A stretch of 64,000 nt of DNA from Polaribacter sp. (GTDB taxonomy: Bacteria; Bacteroidota; Bacteroidia; Flavobacteriales; Flavobacteriaceae): the NCBI GenBank assembly GCA_042091415.1, contig JBELHK010000001.1:4599-68598 (forward strand), read 5' to 3'. Below, one piece after another: positions 1 through 10,601 of the stretch; position 1 is the first letter of the stretch, and each line of letters opens with the position of its first letter. The notes beneath the pieces are model-generated. The model searched no databases, was not told where the DNA came from, and saw only the letters and a program-made list of their open reading frames with translations. A program made the translations under genes and the position numbers.

Positions 1-205
1 CAGCATCCATTCCATATCTTCGAATTGGTTGTACTGTAATTTCTGAAGCTAATTCAGGAGTTTGACAACGCGTAAAGAAATCGTACTTTTTTTTGATTTC
101 CATGAACTCAGGTAAATATCTTCCTGCTTGACGCATCATCCAAACCGGAGGTCTATCAACAGTTTCTCCTTTAAGTGCTCTTAAAAATAAATCGTTTTTT
201 ATCAT
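1..205 (-). CDS. hemE: Uroporphyrinogen decarboxylase, 5' part (runs off the window start)
   Basis: Own translation from ATG at 205: [34 protein letters not shown]..., which contains the HemE signature [14 protein letters not shown]. Directly downstream of hemL. Confidence 0.96.
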   Translation of the reverse strand, partial: MIKNDLFLRALKGETVDRPPVWMMRQAGRYLPEFMEIKKKYDFFTRCQTPELASEITVQPIRRYGMDA

Positions 206-207
206 AT

Positions 208-1497
208 CTACATTTTTGAAACTGCTAACATTGCTTTATCTGTTGCTTTTGCTACAACTTGAATATCTTTATCTGAAATAGCTGAATTTAAAAACCAAGC
301 TTCAAACTGACTTGGAGGTAAAAACACTCCGTTTTTAATCATTTCCCAAAAGAAAACAGCAAACTTTTCTGTATCTGAGGTTTGAGCTTCTTCAAAATTA
401 GTCACTTTTAAATTTGTAAAAAAAGGATTCATCATAGAACCAAATCTATTTACAGATAAATCAACATTGTATTTTTTTGCAGATTCTAAAAGTATTTCTT
501 CTATTCTAGCTCCAATTTCTTCAAACTTATCGTAAGGATTTTGTCTTTTTAATTCTGATAAAGTAGAAATACCTCCAGCCATTGCAATTGGATTTCCTGA
601 TAAAGTTCCTGCTTGATACATTCCTCCTAAAGGAGCAACATTTTCCATAATTTCATTTCTTGCACCATAAGCACCAACAGGAAAACCTCCTCCAATTACT
701 TTACCTAAGCAAGTAATATCTGCTTCTACTTCTAAAACTTCTTGAGCACCACCAAATTTAGAACGGAAACCTGTCATTACTTCATCAGCAATTAATAACG
801 CTCCATTTTTTTGTGCTAACTCTTTTAAATCTTTTAAAAAGTTATTTTGCGGAATTACAACTCCCATATTACCACCAACAGGCTCTATGATTACTCCAGC
901 AATATCATTATGTTCGTTAAAGTGTTTTTTTACACTTTCTAAATTATTGTACTCTGCAATTAATGTATTTTTAACTGCACCTTCAGGAACTCCTTTAGAA
1001 CCTGGTAAACTTAGCGTTGCTAAACCAGAACCTGCGGCAACTAATAATGCATCTTGATGACCATGATAACAGCCAGAAAATTTTATGATTTTATCTTTAC
1101 CGGTAAAAGCTCTAGCCAAACGAATTCCACTTAAAACAGCTTCTGTACCTGAATTTACAAAACGAACTTTATCCATTCCCGGAAAAGCATCGCAGACAAT
1201 CTTTGCTAGCTTTATTTCATTTTCTGTAGAAGCACCAAAAGAATATCCATTTTTTAGCGCTTTTTTAGCTGCTTTTTCTACCTTTTTATGCCTATGACCT
1301 AAAATCATTGGGCCGTATGAAACAACTAAATCTACATATTCGTTATTGTCTACATCTGTAATTTTACTTCCTTTAGCTTTTTTGATAAATAATGGATTTC
1401 CTCCTACAGAAGCAAAGGCTCTTACAGGAGAGTTTACCGCACCAACTAAATTAGTTAATCCCTTTTTATATAATTTTTCTGATTTTTTAAAACTCAT
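208..1497 (-). CDS. hemL: Glutamate-1-semialdehyde 2,1-aminomutase
   Basis: [33 protein letters not shown] lysine in [17 protein letters not shown]; heme operon context. Confidence 0.97.
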   Translation of the reverse strand: MSFKKSEKLYKKGLTNLVGAVNSPVRAFASVGGNPLFIKKAKGSKITDVDNNEYVDLVVSYGPMILGHRHKKVEKAAKKALKNGYSFGASTENEIKLAKIVCDAFPGMDKVRFVNSGTEAVLSGIRLARAFTGKDKIIKFSGCYHGHQDALLVAAGSGLATLSLPGSKGVPEGAVKNTLIAEYNNLESVKKHFNEHNDIAGVIIEPVGGNMGVVIPQNNFLKDLKELAQKNGALLIADEVMTGFRSKFGGAQEVLEVEADITCLGKVIGGGFPVGAYGARNEIMENVAPLGGMYQAGTLSGNPIAMAGGISTLSELKRQNPYDKFEEIGARIEEILLESAKKYNVDLSVNRFGSMMNPFFTNLKVTNFEEAQTSDTEKFAVFFWEMIKNGVFLPPSQFEAWFLNSAISDKDIQVVAKATDKAMLAVSKM

Positions 1498-1502
1498 AAA
1501 CT

Positions 1503-2474
1503 TTACTTATTCAATATTCTTGCAGCTTCTTTTGCAAAATAAGTTAAAATAATATCTGCTCCTGCTCTTTTTATACTCAACAAACTTTCCATCATTGCTT
1601 TCTCTCCATCAAGCCAACCTTTTTCTGCAGCAGCTTTCAGCATTGCATATTCGCCACTTACGTTATATGCTGTAATAGGAATATTATAATTATCTTTCAA
1701 TAATTTTATTATATCTAGATAAGCTAATGCTGGTTTTACCATAATCATATCTGCTCCTTCTTCAATATCTAACTCAGCTTCAATTAATGCTTCTCTAGAA
1801 TTTGCTGGATTCATTTGATATGTTTTTTTATCTCCAAATTTAGGAGCTGAATCTAATGCATCTCTAAAAGGGCCATAAAAAGCACTCGCATATTTTACGG
1901 AATAAGACATAATAGAAACATCTTTATAACCTGCCTCATCTAATACTTTTCTAATATAACCAATACGACCATCCATCATATCAGAAGGACCTAATATATC
2001 TGCTCCTGCTTCTGCTTGCGCCAAAGCCATTTTACCAAGAATCTCTAAGGTTTCATCGTTTAGAATCTCTCCCTTTTCAACAATACCATCATGTCCATCA
2101 GTTGAATAAGGATCCATAGCAATATCAGTCATTAAAGCGATATCTGGAAACTGTAACTTTATCTCTCTCAAAGATTGAATATAGAGACTATTTTTGTTGT
2201 AGCCTTCTGTTGCGTATTTATCTTTTTTATCATCATTTAATGACGGGAATACACAAAACCCTTTGATACCAAGTTTTACACTTTCTTGAATTTCTTTTAA
2301 CAACAAATCTAAAGAATAGCGAAAAATCCCTGGCATAGAAACGATCTCTTCCTTTTTACCTGAACCTTCGATAAGAAACAACGGATAAATAAAATCATTT
2401 GCAGATAAAGTAGTTTCCTCAATCATTGCTCTTATTGAGGCTGATTTACGATTTCTTCTTGGTCTTTTTAACAT
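1503..2474 (-). CDS. hemB: Porphobilinogen synthase (ALA dehydratase)
   Basis: RPRRNR N-terminus, PSDMMDGRI, YASAFYGPFRDA, MVKPAL, AYNVSGEYAM. Asp-rich (non-Cys) metal loop DIAMDPYSTDGHDG. ATG at 2474 preferred over GTG at 2477. Confidence 0.97.
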   Translation of the reverse strand: MLKRPRRNRKSASIRAMIEETTLSANDFIYPLFLIEGSGKKEEIVSMPGIFRYSLDLLLKEIQESVKLGIKGFCVFPSLNDDKKDKYATEGYNKNSLYIQSLREIKLQFPDIALMTDIAMDPYSTDGHDGIVEKGEILNDETLEILGKMALAQAEAGADILGPSDMMDGRIGYIRKVLDEAGYKDVSIMSYSVKYASAFYGPFRDALDSAPKFGDKKTYQMNPANSREALIEAELDIEEGADMIMVKPALAYLDIIKLLKDNYNIPITAYNVSGEYAMLKAAAEKGWLDGEKAMMESLLSIKRAGADIILTYFAKEAARILNK

Positions 2475-2477
2475 CAC

Positions 2478-4064
2478 CTAAGAATTATAATGTTTTGTAA
2501 CTAATTCTAATAAACTTTCTACACTTGGCAGATTTGCTACTTGTACATTTTCAAAATGTTTTCTAGCTTCTTTAGCTGTTGTTTCTCCAATACAAAAAGC
2601 AATTTTATCGGTTGTATTTTCTTTTAAGTAACTTTCAATTCCTGATGGACTGTAAAATAAAATCCCTGAAACTTCATCATCAACTTTTTCAGGACTAAAC
2701 ATTGTTTTGTAAGCCTCAACTTCATTTACAACAATGTCATTCATTTTTAAATAAGCAGGCAAAATATCTAATCTTAAATTACTACAGAAATAGGTTACTT
2801 GTTTATTATCTAATTCTTTAGATAAATATTCTGCAAGTATTTTAGCATTTTTAGCAACATAAGCCACTTTACCAATTCTGTTTTCTATAAGTTTTTTTGT
2901 TCTTCTTCCTACACAATAAATATTCTTAAACTTTATTTCTTCTTTTGCAAAAGAATTTAAAATTGCTTCTACTCCATTTTGACTGGTAATAACTACATTT
3001 TCAAGTTCAGTTTTCATTATTTTGGGAGAAATTCTATTAAAACGGATTTTAATAAAATCGCTATCCTTAGCACCTATTGTTCTTGGTAAGTTTTTCTTTT
3101 GAGCTTCTGACAATTTTTTAGTTGAAAATACAGAGTGTTTTACCACTGATAAATCCTCGTCCTCTAGCATTAAATCCTTACCTCCTCTATTTATAACATA
3201 ATCTGCACAATCTTTTGCTAAATAACGATGACGCCCCATTTTTGCAGTTTTGGTAACTGTTATTTTTTTAGAACCATCTTTTTTTAATAAAACTCCCTTA
3301 AAATTGATCTCTTCTGTTTTCTCATCAACATAAGCTAATGCTCCAATAGGGGCTGTACAACCTCCTTCTAATTTATTTAAAAACTCCCTTTCTATTCCAA
3401 CACAAACCTGAGTTTCGTAATGATTTAATTGCTCACAAGCATCTTTTACATAATCGTCTTTTTCTAAACAAGCGATCATAATTACTCCTTGAGCTGGGGC
3501 AGGAATCATCCAAGAAAGATTAATCGCTCCTTTTGGTCTTTTACCGATTCTTTCTAATCCTGCAGCTGCAAAAACAGCCCCGTTCCAATCATTATCATTC
3601 AATTTCTGTAAACGAGTGTTTACATTACCTCTTAAATCAACTACTTTGTGAGTTGGATATCGATTCAACCACATTGCTTTTCTACGTAAGCTTCCGGTTG
3701 CAATTACACCGTTTGGTTGTGCAAAAAATTCTTCTGTATCTTTTAAAACTAAAATATCATTATAGTTTGCTCTCTTTAATACAGCTGCTTGAATGATTCC
3801 TTCTGGTAAAACTGTTGGTACATCTTTTAAAGAATGAACTGCAATATCAATATCTCCTTTTAACATAGCAATGTCAAGATTTTTGGTAAAAACTCCTGTA
3901 ACACCAAGTTCATATAAAGGTTTGTCTAAAATAATATCTCCTGTAGATTTTATAGGGACAATTTCAGAATTATAGCCTAATTCAGCTAATTCTTTTTGCA
4001 CTTTGTTTGCTTGCCAAAGAGCTAATTGACTCTCTCGCGTTCCTATTCTAATCGTTTTTTGCAT
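2478..4064 (-). CDS. hemC: Bifunctional hydroxymethylbilane synthase / uroporphyrinogen-III synthase (HemC-HemD fusion)
   Basis: About the first 300 aa are HemC (IGTRESQLALWQA, AVHSLKDVP, TGSLRR, LEGGCTAPIG). The remaining ~220 aa are HemD-like (ITSQNGV, CVGRRT, FYSPSGI, CIGETTA). One uninterrupted ORF. Confidence 0.93.
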   Translation of the reverse strand: MQKTIRIGTRESQLALWQANKVQKELAELGYNSEIVPIKSTGDIILDKPLYELGVTGVFTKNLDIAMLKGDIDIAVHSLKDVPTVLPEGIIQAAVLKRANYNDILVLKDTEEFFAQPNGVIATGSLRRKAMWLNRYPTHKVVDLRGNVNTRLQKLNDNDWNGAVFAAAGLERIGKRPKGAINLSWMIPAPAQGVIMIACLEKDDYVKDACEQLNHYETQVCVGIEREFLNKLEGGCTAPIGALAYVDEKTEEINFKGVLLKKDGSKKITVTKTAKMGRHRYLAKDCADYVINRGGKDLMLEDEDLSVVKHSVFSTKKLSEAQKKNLPRTIGAKDSDFIKIRFNRISPKIMKTELENVVITSQNGVEAILNSFAKEEIKFKNIYCVGRRTKKLIENRIGKVAYVAKNAKILAEYLSKELDNKQVTYFCSNLRLDILPAYLKMNDIVVNEVEAYKTMFSPEKVDDEVSGILFYSPSGIESYLKENTTDKIAFCIGETTAKEARKHFENVQVANLPSVESLLELVTKHYNS

Positions 4065-4070
4065 AAATTT

Positions 4071-5306
4071 TTATTGTTGAAACACCTTACCTATAACTTG
4101 GAGACTTTGAGAAACAGAAGTTTCTTCTTCCTTTAAGTGCTTCACAAACTGTGTGGTGATTTTTTGAATAATACGTGATGTTAAAATTTCCGCTTGATCT
4201 TCATCAAAATTTTGAAGTTTCTTTTTATGAAAATTTATTTCATCATTTTTAATAGACTCTAAAGACTGTTTTACCGCAGCAATTGTTGGTGTAAATCTTC
4301 TATGATTTAACCACTCTATAAACTCGTTTTGATGAGTTTCAATAATTGATTCTGCTAATGGTACTTCTTTTTGACGAACGGCTAAAGTTTCGTCAGTAAT
4401 CTTAGAAAGTTCATCGACATTAACTAAAGTAATATTTTTATTTTTCGAAACCTCTTTATCAACATTCTCTGGCAAAGACAAATCTAATATTAACAATTCT
4501 TTATCCTTGCAAATATGCTCATTAGTAATTGTAGCGTTATCTGCACCTGTAGAAACTATTAAAACATCCGCTTTATTTATTTCTTCTTTAAGATTTTCAA
4601 TTTTAGAACTTCTAATATTACTGTTTTCCTTAGCAAAACTTAAAGCCTTTTCTTCAGTTCTATTTATTAAACTAACAGAGTTAATTTTAGTGTATTCTGC
4701 AAGGTTTTTACAAGTATGCTTCCCCATTTTACCAAGACCAAAAACTAACACATTTTTAGCATTGAAATCTGGTAGATTTTTTATAATATATTGAACAGCA
4801 GCATAAGAAACTGAAGTTGTACCTGAACTTATTTTTGTTTCATTTTTAACTTTCTTACTAGCTTGTAAAATACTATTTATTAAGCGTTCTGTATATGCAT
4901 TTGCTGTATTGCATTTCTTGGCAAGCTTAAATGATTGTTTTAATTGACCAACAATTTCATAATCTCCTAAGATTTGACTTTCTAAGCCAGTACCAATTCT
5001 AAATAAATGGTTAATTGCCTCAAAATCTTTATAAACATTCGATATTTGAGCAAATTCTTGAATAGTTCCTTCAGAAAATTCACAAAGTAACTCTATCAAT
5101 TGACAAGGTCTTTCTGCAAAACCAGAAATCTCTGTTCTGTTACAAGTTGAAAGAACAAAAACGCCTTCTAAATTCTTTTCTTTAGATAGATTTAGTAAAG
5201 CTATTTGATTTTCTTTAGATAATGAAAATTTGCCGCGAGTAAAAGCGTCTGCTTTTTTATAACTCACACCAATATTAAAAAACTGTTTTTGCTTAATTTT
5301 CTGCAT
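4071..5306 (-). CDS. hemA: Glutamyl-tRNA reductase
   Basis: LSTCNRTE catalytic motif, GLESQILGDYEI, NADPH-binding GLGKMG, DLSLP. Confidence 0.97.
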   Translation of the reverse strand: MQKIKQKQFFNIGVSYKKADAFTRGKFSLSKENQIALLNLSKEKNLEGVFVLSTCNRTEISGFAERPCQLIELLCEFSEGTIQEFAQISNVYKDFEAINHLFRIGTGLESQILGDYEIVGQLKQSFKLAKKCNTANAYTERLINSILQASKKVKNETKISSGTTSVSYAAVQYIIKNLPDFNAKNVLVFGLGKMGKHTCKNLAEYTKINSVSLINRTEEKALSFAKENSNIRSSKIENLKEEINKADVLIVSTGADNATITNEHICKDKELLILDLSLPENVDKEVSKNKNITLVNVDELSKITDETLAVRQKEVPLAESIIETHQNEFIEWLNHRRFTPTIAAVKQSLESIKNDEINFHKKKLQNFDEDQAEILTSRIIQKITTQFVKHLKEEETSVSQSLQVIGKVFQQ

Positions 5307-5322
5307 ACTTTAAAAAACTAGT

Positions 5323-5330
5323 CAAAAGTA
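5323..5330 (-). promoter_or_regulatory. Bacteroidota housekeeping promoter -7 element (TACTTTTG) of the hemA operon
   Basis: CAAAAGTA on + reads TACTTTTG on -, matching TAnnTTTG, 16 nt upstream of the hemA ATG. Confidence 0.6.
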
Positions 5331-5425
5331 GAAACTATCACAATAAAAAAACATCGCTTAAAGAACTTTTTATATCGTTAAATGTTTTTTAAATGATTTT
5401 TAAGAAAAAAAGCGCAATAATTGCT

Positions 5426-5433
5426 TATTTTTG
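5426..5433 (+). promoter_or_regulatory. Putative -7 promoter element (TATTTTTG) for the AraC-trmH-hemH-hemJ unit
   Basis: Match to TAnnTTTG upstream of the AraC gene. Confidence 0.45.
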
Positions 5434-5460
5434 GGGCTAAACAGAGGTTTACAGGTGTTT

Positions 5461-5483
5461 TTATATAGAATGATTCTAAATAG
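5461..5483. promoter_or_regulatory. Putative Fur-type iron box
   Basis: TTATATAGAATGATTCTAAATAG with the perfect core palindrome TAGAAT-G-ATTCTA. Resembles Bacteroidota iron boxes (TTATTTAGA...TCTAAATAA) and is 17/23 identical to the box at 37109-37131. Confidence 0.6.
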
Positions 5484-5508
5484 ATAAAAAGCTAAAAAAA
5501 TATTTTTT

Positions 5509-6393
5509 ATGTTAAAAAATGTCGGAGAAAGTACTTTTGAAGAAATAACCCTTGAAAAAGGATTTTATGTACTTCATTTTCAGAACGAAAGCAAAGATGT
5601 TGAAAGTTTTGAAAGAGAAATTGACAGTAGTTTTATTCAAATTCATTTTTGTTTAAAAGGAAAATCTAAATTTCTTTTTAACAACGGCACTTATGCTTTC
5701 GATGTTTTAGATAACAAATGCATCCTATTATACAACCCGCAAAGAACTTTGCCTATTCATTTAGAAATTCAACCAAAAACAACGTTGGTATCTTTACTAA
5801 TATCGATAGAAAAATTTCATTCACTCTTTTCAAAAGAATCAGGTTTTATTCCTTTTTTGAGTGATGAGAATAGTAATAAAAAATATTATGATGATGCAGA
5901 AATAAAACCAACAATTTCTATCGTATTACAACAAATTATCAACTCAAATATAAATAGCTCGATAAGAAACCTTTATGTTAAAGGTAAAGTATACGAATTG
6001 CTAAGTCTACATTTTCAAAAAGATGAAGCCTCTGAAGGAGAATACTGCCCTTTTTTAGTGGATGAACAAAATGTTTTAAAAATTAGAAAAGCGAAAGAAA
6101 TTATTATAGCTAAAATGGCAGAGCCACCAAGTTTACAAGAGTTAGCTAACGAAATAGGCTTGAATCTAAAAAAACTTAAAGAAGGCTTTAAACAAATTTA
6201 TGGCGATACAGTTTATAGTTTTTTGTTTGATTATAAAATGGAACATGCTAGAAGATTATTAGAAAGTAATAAATATAATGTAAATGAAGTAGGGATTCAA
6301 ATTGGCTATAGTACCTCAAGTCATTTTATTGCAGCTTTTAAAAAGAAATTCGGAACTACGCCAAAAAAATACATCATGAGTTTAAATAATTAA
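5509..6393 (+). CDS. AraC-family transcriptional regulator, divergent from hemA
   Basis: C-terminal double HTH (PPSLQELANEIGLN..KLKEGFKQIYG; GYSTSSHFIAAFKKKFGTTPKKY), PchR-like architecture. Confidence 0.92.
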   Translation: MLKNVGESTFEEITLEKGFYVLHFQNESKDVESFEREIDSSFIQIHFCLKGKSKFLFNNGTYAFDVLDNKCILLYNPQRTLPIHLEIQPKTTLVSLLISIEKFHSLFSKESGFIPFLSDENSNKKYYDDAEIKPTISIVLQQIINSNINSSIRNLYVKGKVYELLSLHFQKDEASEGEYCPFLVDEQNVLKIRKAKEIIIAKMAEPPSLQELANEIGLNLKKLKEGFKQIYGDTVYSFLFDYKMEHARRLLESNKYNVNEVGIQIGYSTSSHFIAAFKKKFGTTPKKYIMSLNN

Positions 6394-6403
6394 AATAAGG
6401 ATT

Positions 6404-6913
6404 TTGAAACAATTAACTCATTATGATATCGAAAACTTACAACAAAAGTTTCCTGTAACTATTGTTTGTGACGCTATCAGAACTCCTGAAAACATAGGCA
6501 TGTGTTTTAGAATTTCTGAAAGTTTTGGAGTAGAAAAAATATATTTCCATGAAAGCTCTCCTGAAATAAATAACAGAAAAGTTTTAAAAACAGCAAGAAA
6601 TACAATCAGCCAAATAGATTATGGATACTACAATGATTTTAATAATATAATTCATTTCCTTAAAGAAGAAGGAAATACTATTATTGGAATAGAAATAACT
6701 GATAAAAGCATTCGTCTTCAAAATTTTAATTTTAAAAATCATTCAAAAATTGTTTTGCTTTTAGGAAGTGAACGCAATGGAATTAAAGATACAAATCTTG
6801 TAGATTATTCAATTTCAATACCAATGCACGGAAGAAATTCTTCAATGAACGTTATTCATAGTTTAGCAATTACTCTATACGAAGCAACAAACCAGCTACA
6901 AAATAAAAATTAA
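6404..6913 (+). CDS. TrmH/SpoU-family RNA methyltransferase
   Basis: SPOUT motifs IRTPENIG, LLGSERNGI, IPMHGRNSSMNV; TTG start. Confidence 0.88.
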   Translation: MKQLTHYDIENLQQKFPVTIVCDAIRTPENIGMCFRISESFGVEKIYFHESSPEINNRKVLKTARNTISQIDYGYYNDFNNIIHFLKEEGNTIIGIEITDKSIRLQNFNFKNHSKIVLLLGSERNGIKDTNLVDYSISIPMHGRNSSMNVIHSLAITLYEATNQLQNKN

Positions 6914-6939
6914 TTAAATCTGAAATAAATTAACACAAA

Positions 6940-7965
6940 ATGAAAGGTGTTTTATTAATAAACTTAGGATCTCCTGATAGTACCAAAACAAAAGATGTAA
7001 AGAAGTATTTGGGTGAATTTTTAATGGATGAACGTGTAATTGACGTTCCTTATCTTTTACGTTGGTTTCTAGTAAAAGGTATTATTTTAAACTTTAGACC
7101 AAAAAAATCAGCAAAAGCATATAGAAAAATTTGGTGGGATGAAGGTTCTCCATTAATTGTTCTCTCTGAAAGATTACAAGATAAAATTCAACAAAAAGAA
7201 GATTTACCAATTGCTTTAGCAATGCGCTATGGAAATCCATCAATTAAAGACGGCTTACAAGAACTTAAAGATAAAGGCGTTACTGAGGTTTTAATTGTTC
7301 CTTTATACCCTCAATTTGCCATGGCAACTACCGAAACAATTTTAGTTTTAGCTGAGGAACTAAGAAAAAAACATTTTCCTGAGATGACTTTTACAGACAT
7401 CCCTGCTTTTTATCACAAAAAAGATTACATAAAAGTTTTAGCGAATAGTATTAAAAACTATTTAAATGATAAAAAATGGGATAAAATTATGTTTTCATAC
7501 CATGGAGTTCCTGAAAGACACATAAAAAAATCAGATATTACAAAGCAACATTGCAATCCTTCTGATCAGAACTTTGCTTGTTGTCAAAAGAAATCTGAAG
7601 CACATCAATTTTGCTACAAACATCAATGTTATGAAACCACAAAACAAGTGGTTGAATATTTAGATTTAAAACCAGAACAGTATTTCACAACTTTTCAATC
7701 AAGATTAGGAAGAGATCCATGGCTTCAACCTTATACGGATAAAACAATTGAAAAATTTGCTGAAGAAGGGGTAAATAATCTTGCTGTAGTTACTCCTGCA
7801 TTTGTATCTGACTGTTTAGAAACTTTAGAAGAAATTGCTATGGAAGGTAAAGAGGAATTTATTGAAGCCGGAGGTAAAAACTTTTATTCAATTCCTTGTC
7901 TGAACGATAATGATGAATGGGTTGATGTAATGACATCTTGGATAGACGAATGGAAAAAATCGTAA
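6940..7965 (+). CDS. hemH: Ferrochelatase
   Basis: LLINLGSP, GSPL, AMRYGNPS, PLYPQF, FSYHGVP, FQSRLG, WLQPYT, FVSDCLETLEEI. Cys-rich insert (HC..CC..FCYKHQC) compatible with a [2Fe-2S] type. Confidence 0.97.
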   Translation: MKGVLLINLGSPDSTKTKDVKKYLGEFLMDERVIDVPYLLRWFLVKGIILNFRPKKSAKAYRKIWWDEGSPLIVLSERLQDKIQQKEDLPIALAMRYGNPSIKDGLQELKDKGVTEVLIVPLYPQFAMATTETILVLAEELRKKHFPEMTFTDIPAFYHKKDYIKVLANSIKNYLNDKKWDKIMFSYHGVPERHIKKSDITKQHCNPSDQNFACCQKKSEAHQFCYKHQCYETTKQVVEYLDLKPEQYFTTFQSRLGRDPWLQPYTDKTIEKFAEEGVNNLAVVTPAFVSDCLETLEEIAMEGKEEFIEAGGKNFYSIPCLNDNDEWVDVMTSWIDEWKKS

Positions 7966-7996
7966 TTAGTAATTTTTAAATTCATAATTTTATAGA

Positions 7997-8599
7997 ATGG
8001 ATTTTTTATACGTAAAAGCTTTACATATTATTTTTGTAGTTACTTGGTTTGCCGGTTTATTCTACATTGTACGTTTATTTATATATCATGTAGAAGCTGA
8101 AAAAAAGCCAGAACCTGCAAAAAAAATATTACAAACTCAATATAAATTAATGAGTAAAAGGCTTTGGTATATCATTACTTGGCCTTCTGCGGTTTTAGCA
8201 AGTTTTTTTGCTTTTTGGATGTTGTACAAATCTCCTTACTATTTGTCTGAAAGCTGGATGTTAGTTAAATTAACTTTTGTATTAGGTTTATATTTATACC
8301 ACCTATTTTGTCATAAGATTTATAAAAATTTACAAAATGATATTGTAAAATATTCAGCATTTAAATTGCGAATTTTTAATGAAGGGGCTACAATTATTTT
8401 ATTTGCCGTAGTCTTTTTAGTAACTCTTAAAAGCGATATTAATTGGATTTGGGGAGTAATTGGTATTCTTCTTTTTGGAGTTTTACTAACACTTAGTATA
8501 AAATTATACAAAAAGATTAGAGCAAAAAGATCTTGGGACAAAACAGAAAAAAAGGTTTTAGAAGAAATTAGACAAAACGATAATTCAGTTTCTAATTAA
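7997..8599 (+). CDS. hemJ: Protoporphyrinogen oxidase HemJ (CopD/UPF0093 family)
   Basis: KALHIIFVVTWFAGLFYIVRLFIYH N-terminal signature, R..NE motif, four TM helices; follows hemH. Confidence 0.9.
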   Translation: MDFLYVKALHIIFVVTWFAGLFYIVRLFIYHVEAEKKPEPAKKILQTQYKLMSKRLWYIITWPSAVLASFFAFWMLYKSPYYLSESWMLVKLTFVLGLYLYHLFCHKIYKNLQNDIVKYSAFKLRIFNEGATIILFAVVFLVTLKSDINWIWGVIGILLFGVLLTLSIKLYKKIRAKRSWDKTEKKVLEEIRQNDNSVSN

Positions 8600-8642
8600 A
8601 TTAACCACTAATTTTTTCTTTTCTTTGTATTGAAATTTATTT

Positions 8643-9884
8643 ATGAAGAAAAACAAAAAACAAGCTGCTTTAGGGTTTATATTTATTACAATGCTAATCG
8701 ATGTAATTGGCTTAGGAATAATTATACCCGTAATTCCTGGTTTAATTGAAGAGTTAATTCAAGGTAGCATCAGTGAAGCCGCTAAAATTGGAGGATGGCT
8801 CACATTTGCTTACGCTATTACTCAATTTATTTTTGCTCCTCTTGTAGGTAATTTAAGTGATAAATTTGGAAGAAGGCCCATTATTTTAGTGTCGCTCCTT
8901 AGTTTTACCGTAGACTATATTTTTCTTGCTTTTGCACCAACAATAACATGGCTTTTTATTGGAAGAATTATTGCCGGAATAACCGGAGCAAGTATTACAA
9001 CTGCATCTGCCTATATCGCTGATATAAGTACAGCAGAAAATAGAGCTAAAAACTTTGGAATGATTGGAGCTGCTTTTGGGCTTGGCTTTATAATTGGCCC
9101 TGTTATTGGTGGTTTATTGGGGCATTTTGGTACGAGGGTTCCTTTTTACGCAACAGCTATTTTATGTTTTATAAATTTCTTATATGGTTATTTTATATTA
9201 CCAGAATCACTAACTAAAGAAAATAGAAGATCTTTTGATATTAAAAGAGCAAACCCTGTAGGAAGCTTTTTAAATTTAAAGAAATACCCTTCTCTTTTTG
9301 GTTTAATTTTGGCAATGTTTATTTTATATGTCGCATCTCACGCCATACAAAGTAATTGGAGCTTTTTTACAATGTATAAATTTGATTGGGATGAAAAAAT
9401 GGTTGGTCTTTCATTAGGTATGATTGGCTTATGCGTTGCCCTTGTTCAAGGAGTTTTAATACGCTGGATTAACCCTAAGATAGGTAATGAAAAAAGTATT
9501 TATTTAGGTTTTTTCCTTTATAGTATTGGCATGTTACTTTTCTCTTTTGCATCAGAAAGTTGGATGATGTTTATATTTTTAATCCCCTATTGTTTAGGAG
9601 GGATAGCAGGCCCTGCGCTACAAGCTGTAATTTCTATTCAAGTAAATTCTAAAGAACAAGGGGAAATTCAAGGAACTTTAACAAGCTTGATAAGTGCATC
9701 TGCAATCGTTGGCCCACCAATAATGACAGGAATCTTTTATTATTTCACTACAGAAAAAGCTCCTTTTAAATTTGCCGGAGCTCCGTTTTTACTAGCTGCA
9801 ATTTTAATGATTATAAGCGCTTTTATTGCTTTTTATACATTCAAGAATAAAACAATAAGCAGAAAAAACAAAATACAAAAATAA
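8643..9884 (+). CDS. TCR/Tet-like (DHA1) MFS efflux transporter
   Basis: [11 protein letters not shown] (motif A), [20 protein letters not shown] (motif C), about 12 TM helices. Confidence 0.9.
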   Translation: MKKNKKQAALGFIFITMLIDVIGLGIIIPVIPGLIEELIQGSISEAAKIGGWLTFAYAITQFIFAPLVGNLSDKFGRRPIILVSLLSFTVDYIFLAFAPTITWLFIGRIIAGITGASITTASAYIADISTAENRAKNFGMIGAAFGLGFIIGPVIGGLLGHFGTRVPFYATAILCFINFLYGYFILPESLTKENRRSFDIKRANPVGSFLNLKKYPSLFGLILAMFILYVASHAIQSNWSFFTMYKFDWDEKMVGLSLGMIGLCVALVQGVLIRWINPKIGNEKSIYLGFFLYSIGMLLFSFASESWMMFIFLIPYCLGGIAGPALQAVISIQVNSKEQGEIQGTLTSLISASAIVGPPIMTGIFYYFTTEKAPFKFAGAPFLLAAILMIISAFIAFYTFKNKTISRKNKIQK

Positions 9885-9885
9885 A

Positions 9886-10503
9886 TTATCTCCTAATACT
9901 TTGCTCAAAAGGAATTCTGTTTAAAATACTTCTTCCTAAAGTTACTTCATCTGCATATTCTAATTCATCTCCTACGGCGATTCCTCTTGCAATTGTAGAG
10001 GTTTTGATATTGTATTTTTCTATTTGTTTGTAAATATAAAAATTAGTGGTGTCTCCTTCCATTGTGGAACTTAATGCAAATATAATCTCCTTAACCTCTC
10101 CTTTAGAAACTTTATCGATCAAAGAATCAATTTTTAAATTTTGTGGCCCTATACCTTCTATTGGAGATATTTTACCTCCTAAAACATGATATAATCCCTG
10201 AAATTGAGCTGTACTTTCAATCGCCATTACATCTCTAATGTCTTCTACAACACAAACAGTTTCTCGATTTCTTTTCGGATTCTTACAGATATCACACAAA
10301 ATGGTGTCAGAAATGTTATGACAATTTTCGCAAACCTTCACTTCATTTCTTAAATTCAATAGTGCGTTAGATAAATGTGATGTACTTTCTTTAGGTTGTT
10401 TTAATAAATATAGAACTAACCTTAACGCTGTTCGTTTTCCAATACCAGGTAAACGAGATACTTCGTTTACTGCATTTTCAAGTAATTTTGATGAAAAATC
10501 CAT
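9886..10503 (-). CDS. recR: Recombination mediator RecR
   Basis: [11 protein letters not shown] HhH, C4 zinc finger, YHVLGG.ISP, toprim domain, [12 protein letters not shown]. Confidence 0.97.
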   Translation of the reverse strand: MDFSSKLLENAVNEVSRLPGIGKRTALRLVLYLLKQPKESTSHLSNALLNLRNEVKVCENCHNISDTILCDICKNPKRNRETVCVVEDIRDVMAIESTAQFQGLYHVLGGKISPIEGIGPQNLKIDSLIDKVSKGEVKEIIFALSSTMEGDTTNFYIYKQIEKYNIKTSTIARGIAVGDELEYADEVTLGRSILNRIPFEQSIRR

Positions 10504-10601
10504 GTCTGTAAAATTATGAATTATGAAAATTAATTATTGAATTTTTTAGTAAAAATTTTAAACATATATTCGTGTCTTAAAACATATATTTTAAATATTA
10601 A

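Noticed and set aside
8643-9884. Tet-like MFS transporter as an acquired tetracycline-resistance gene
   Set aside because: No tetR, no mobile-element context and host-like composition between core genes. Likely an intrinsic DHA1 transporter of unknown substrate.
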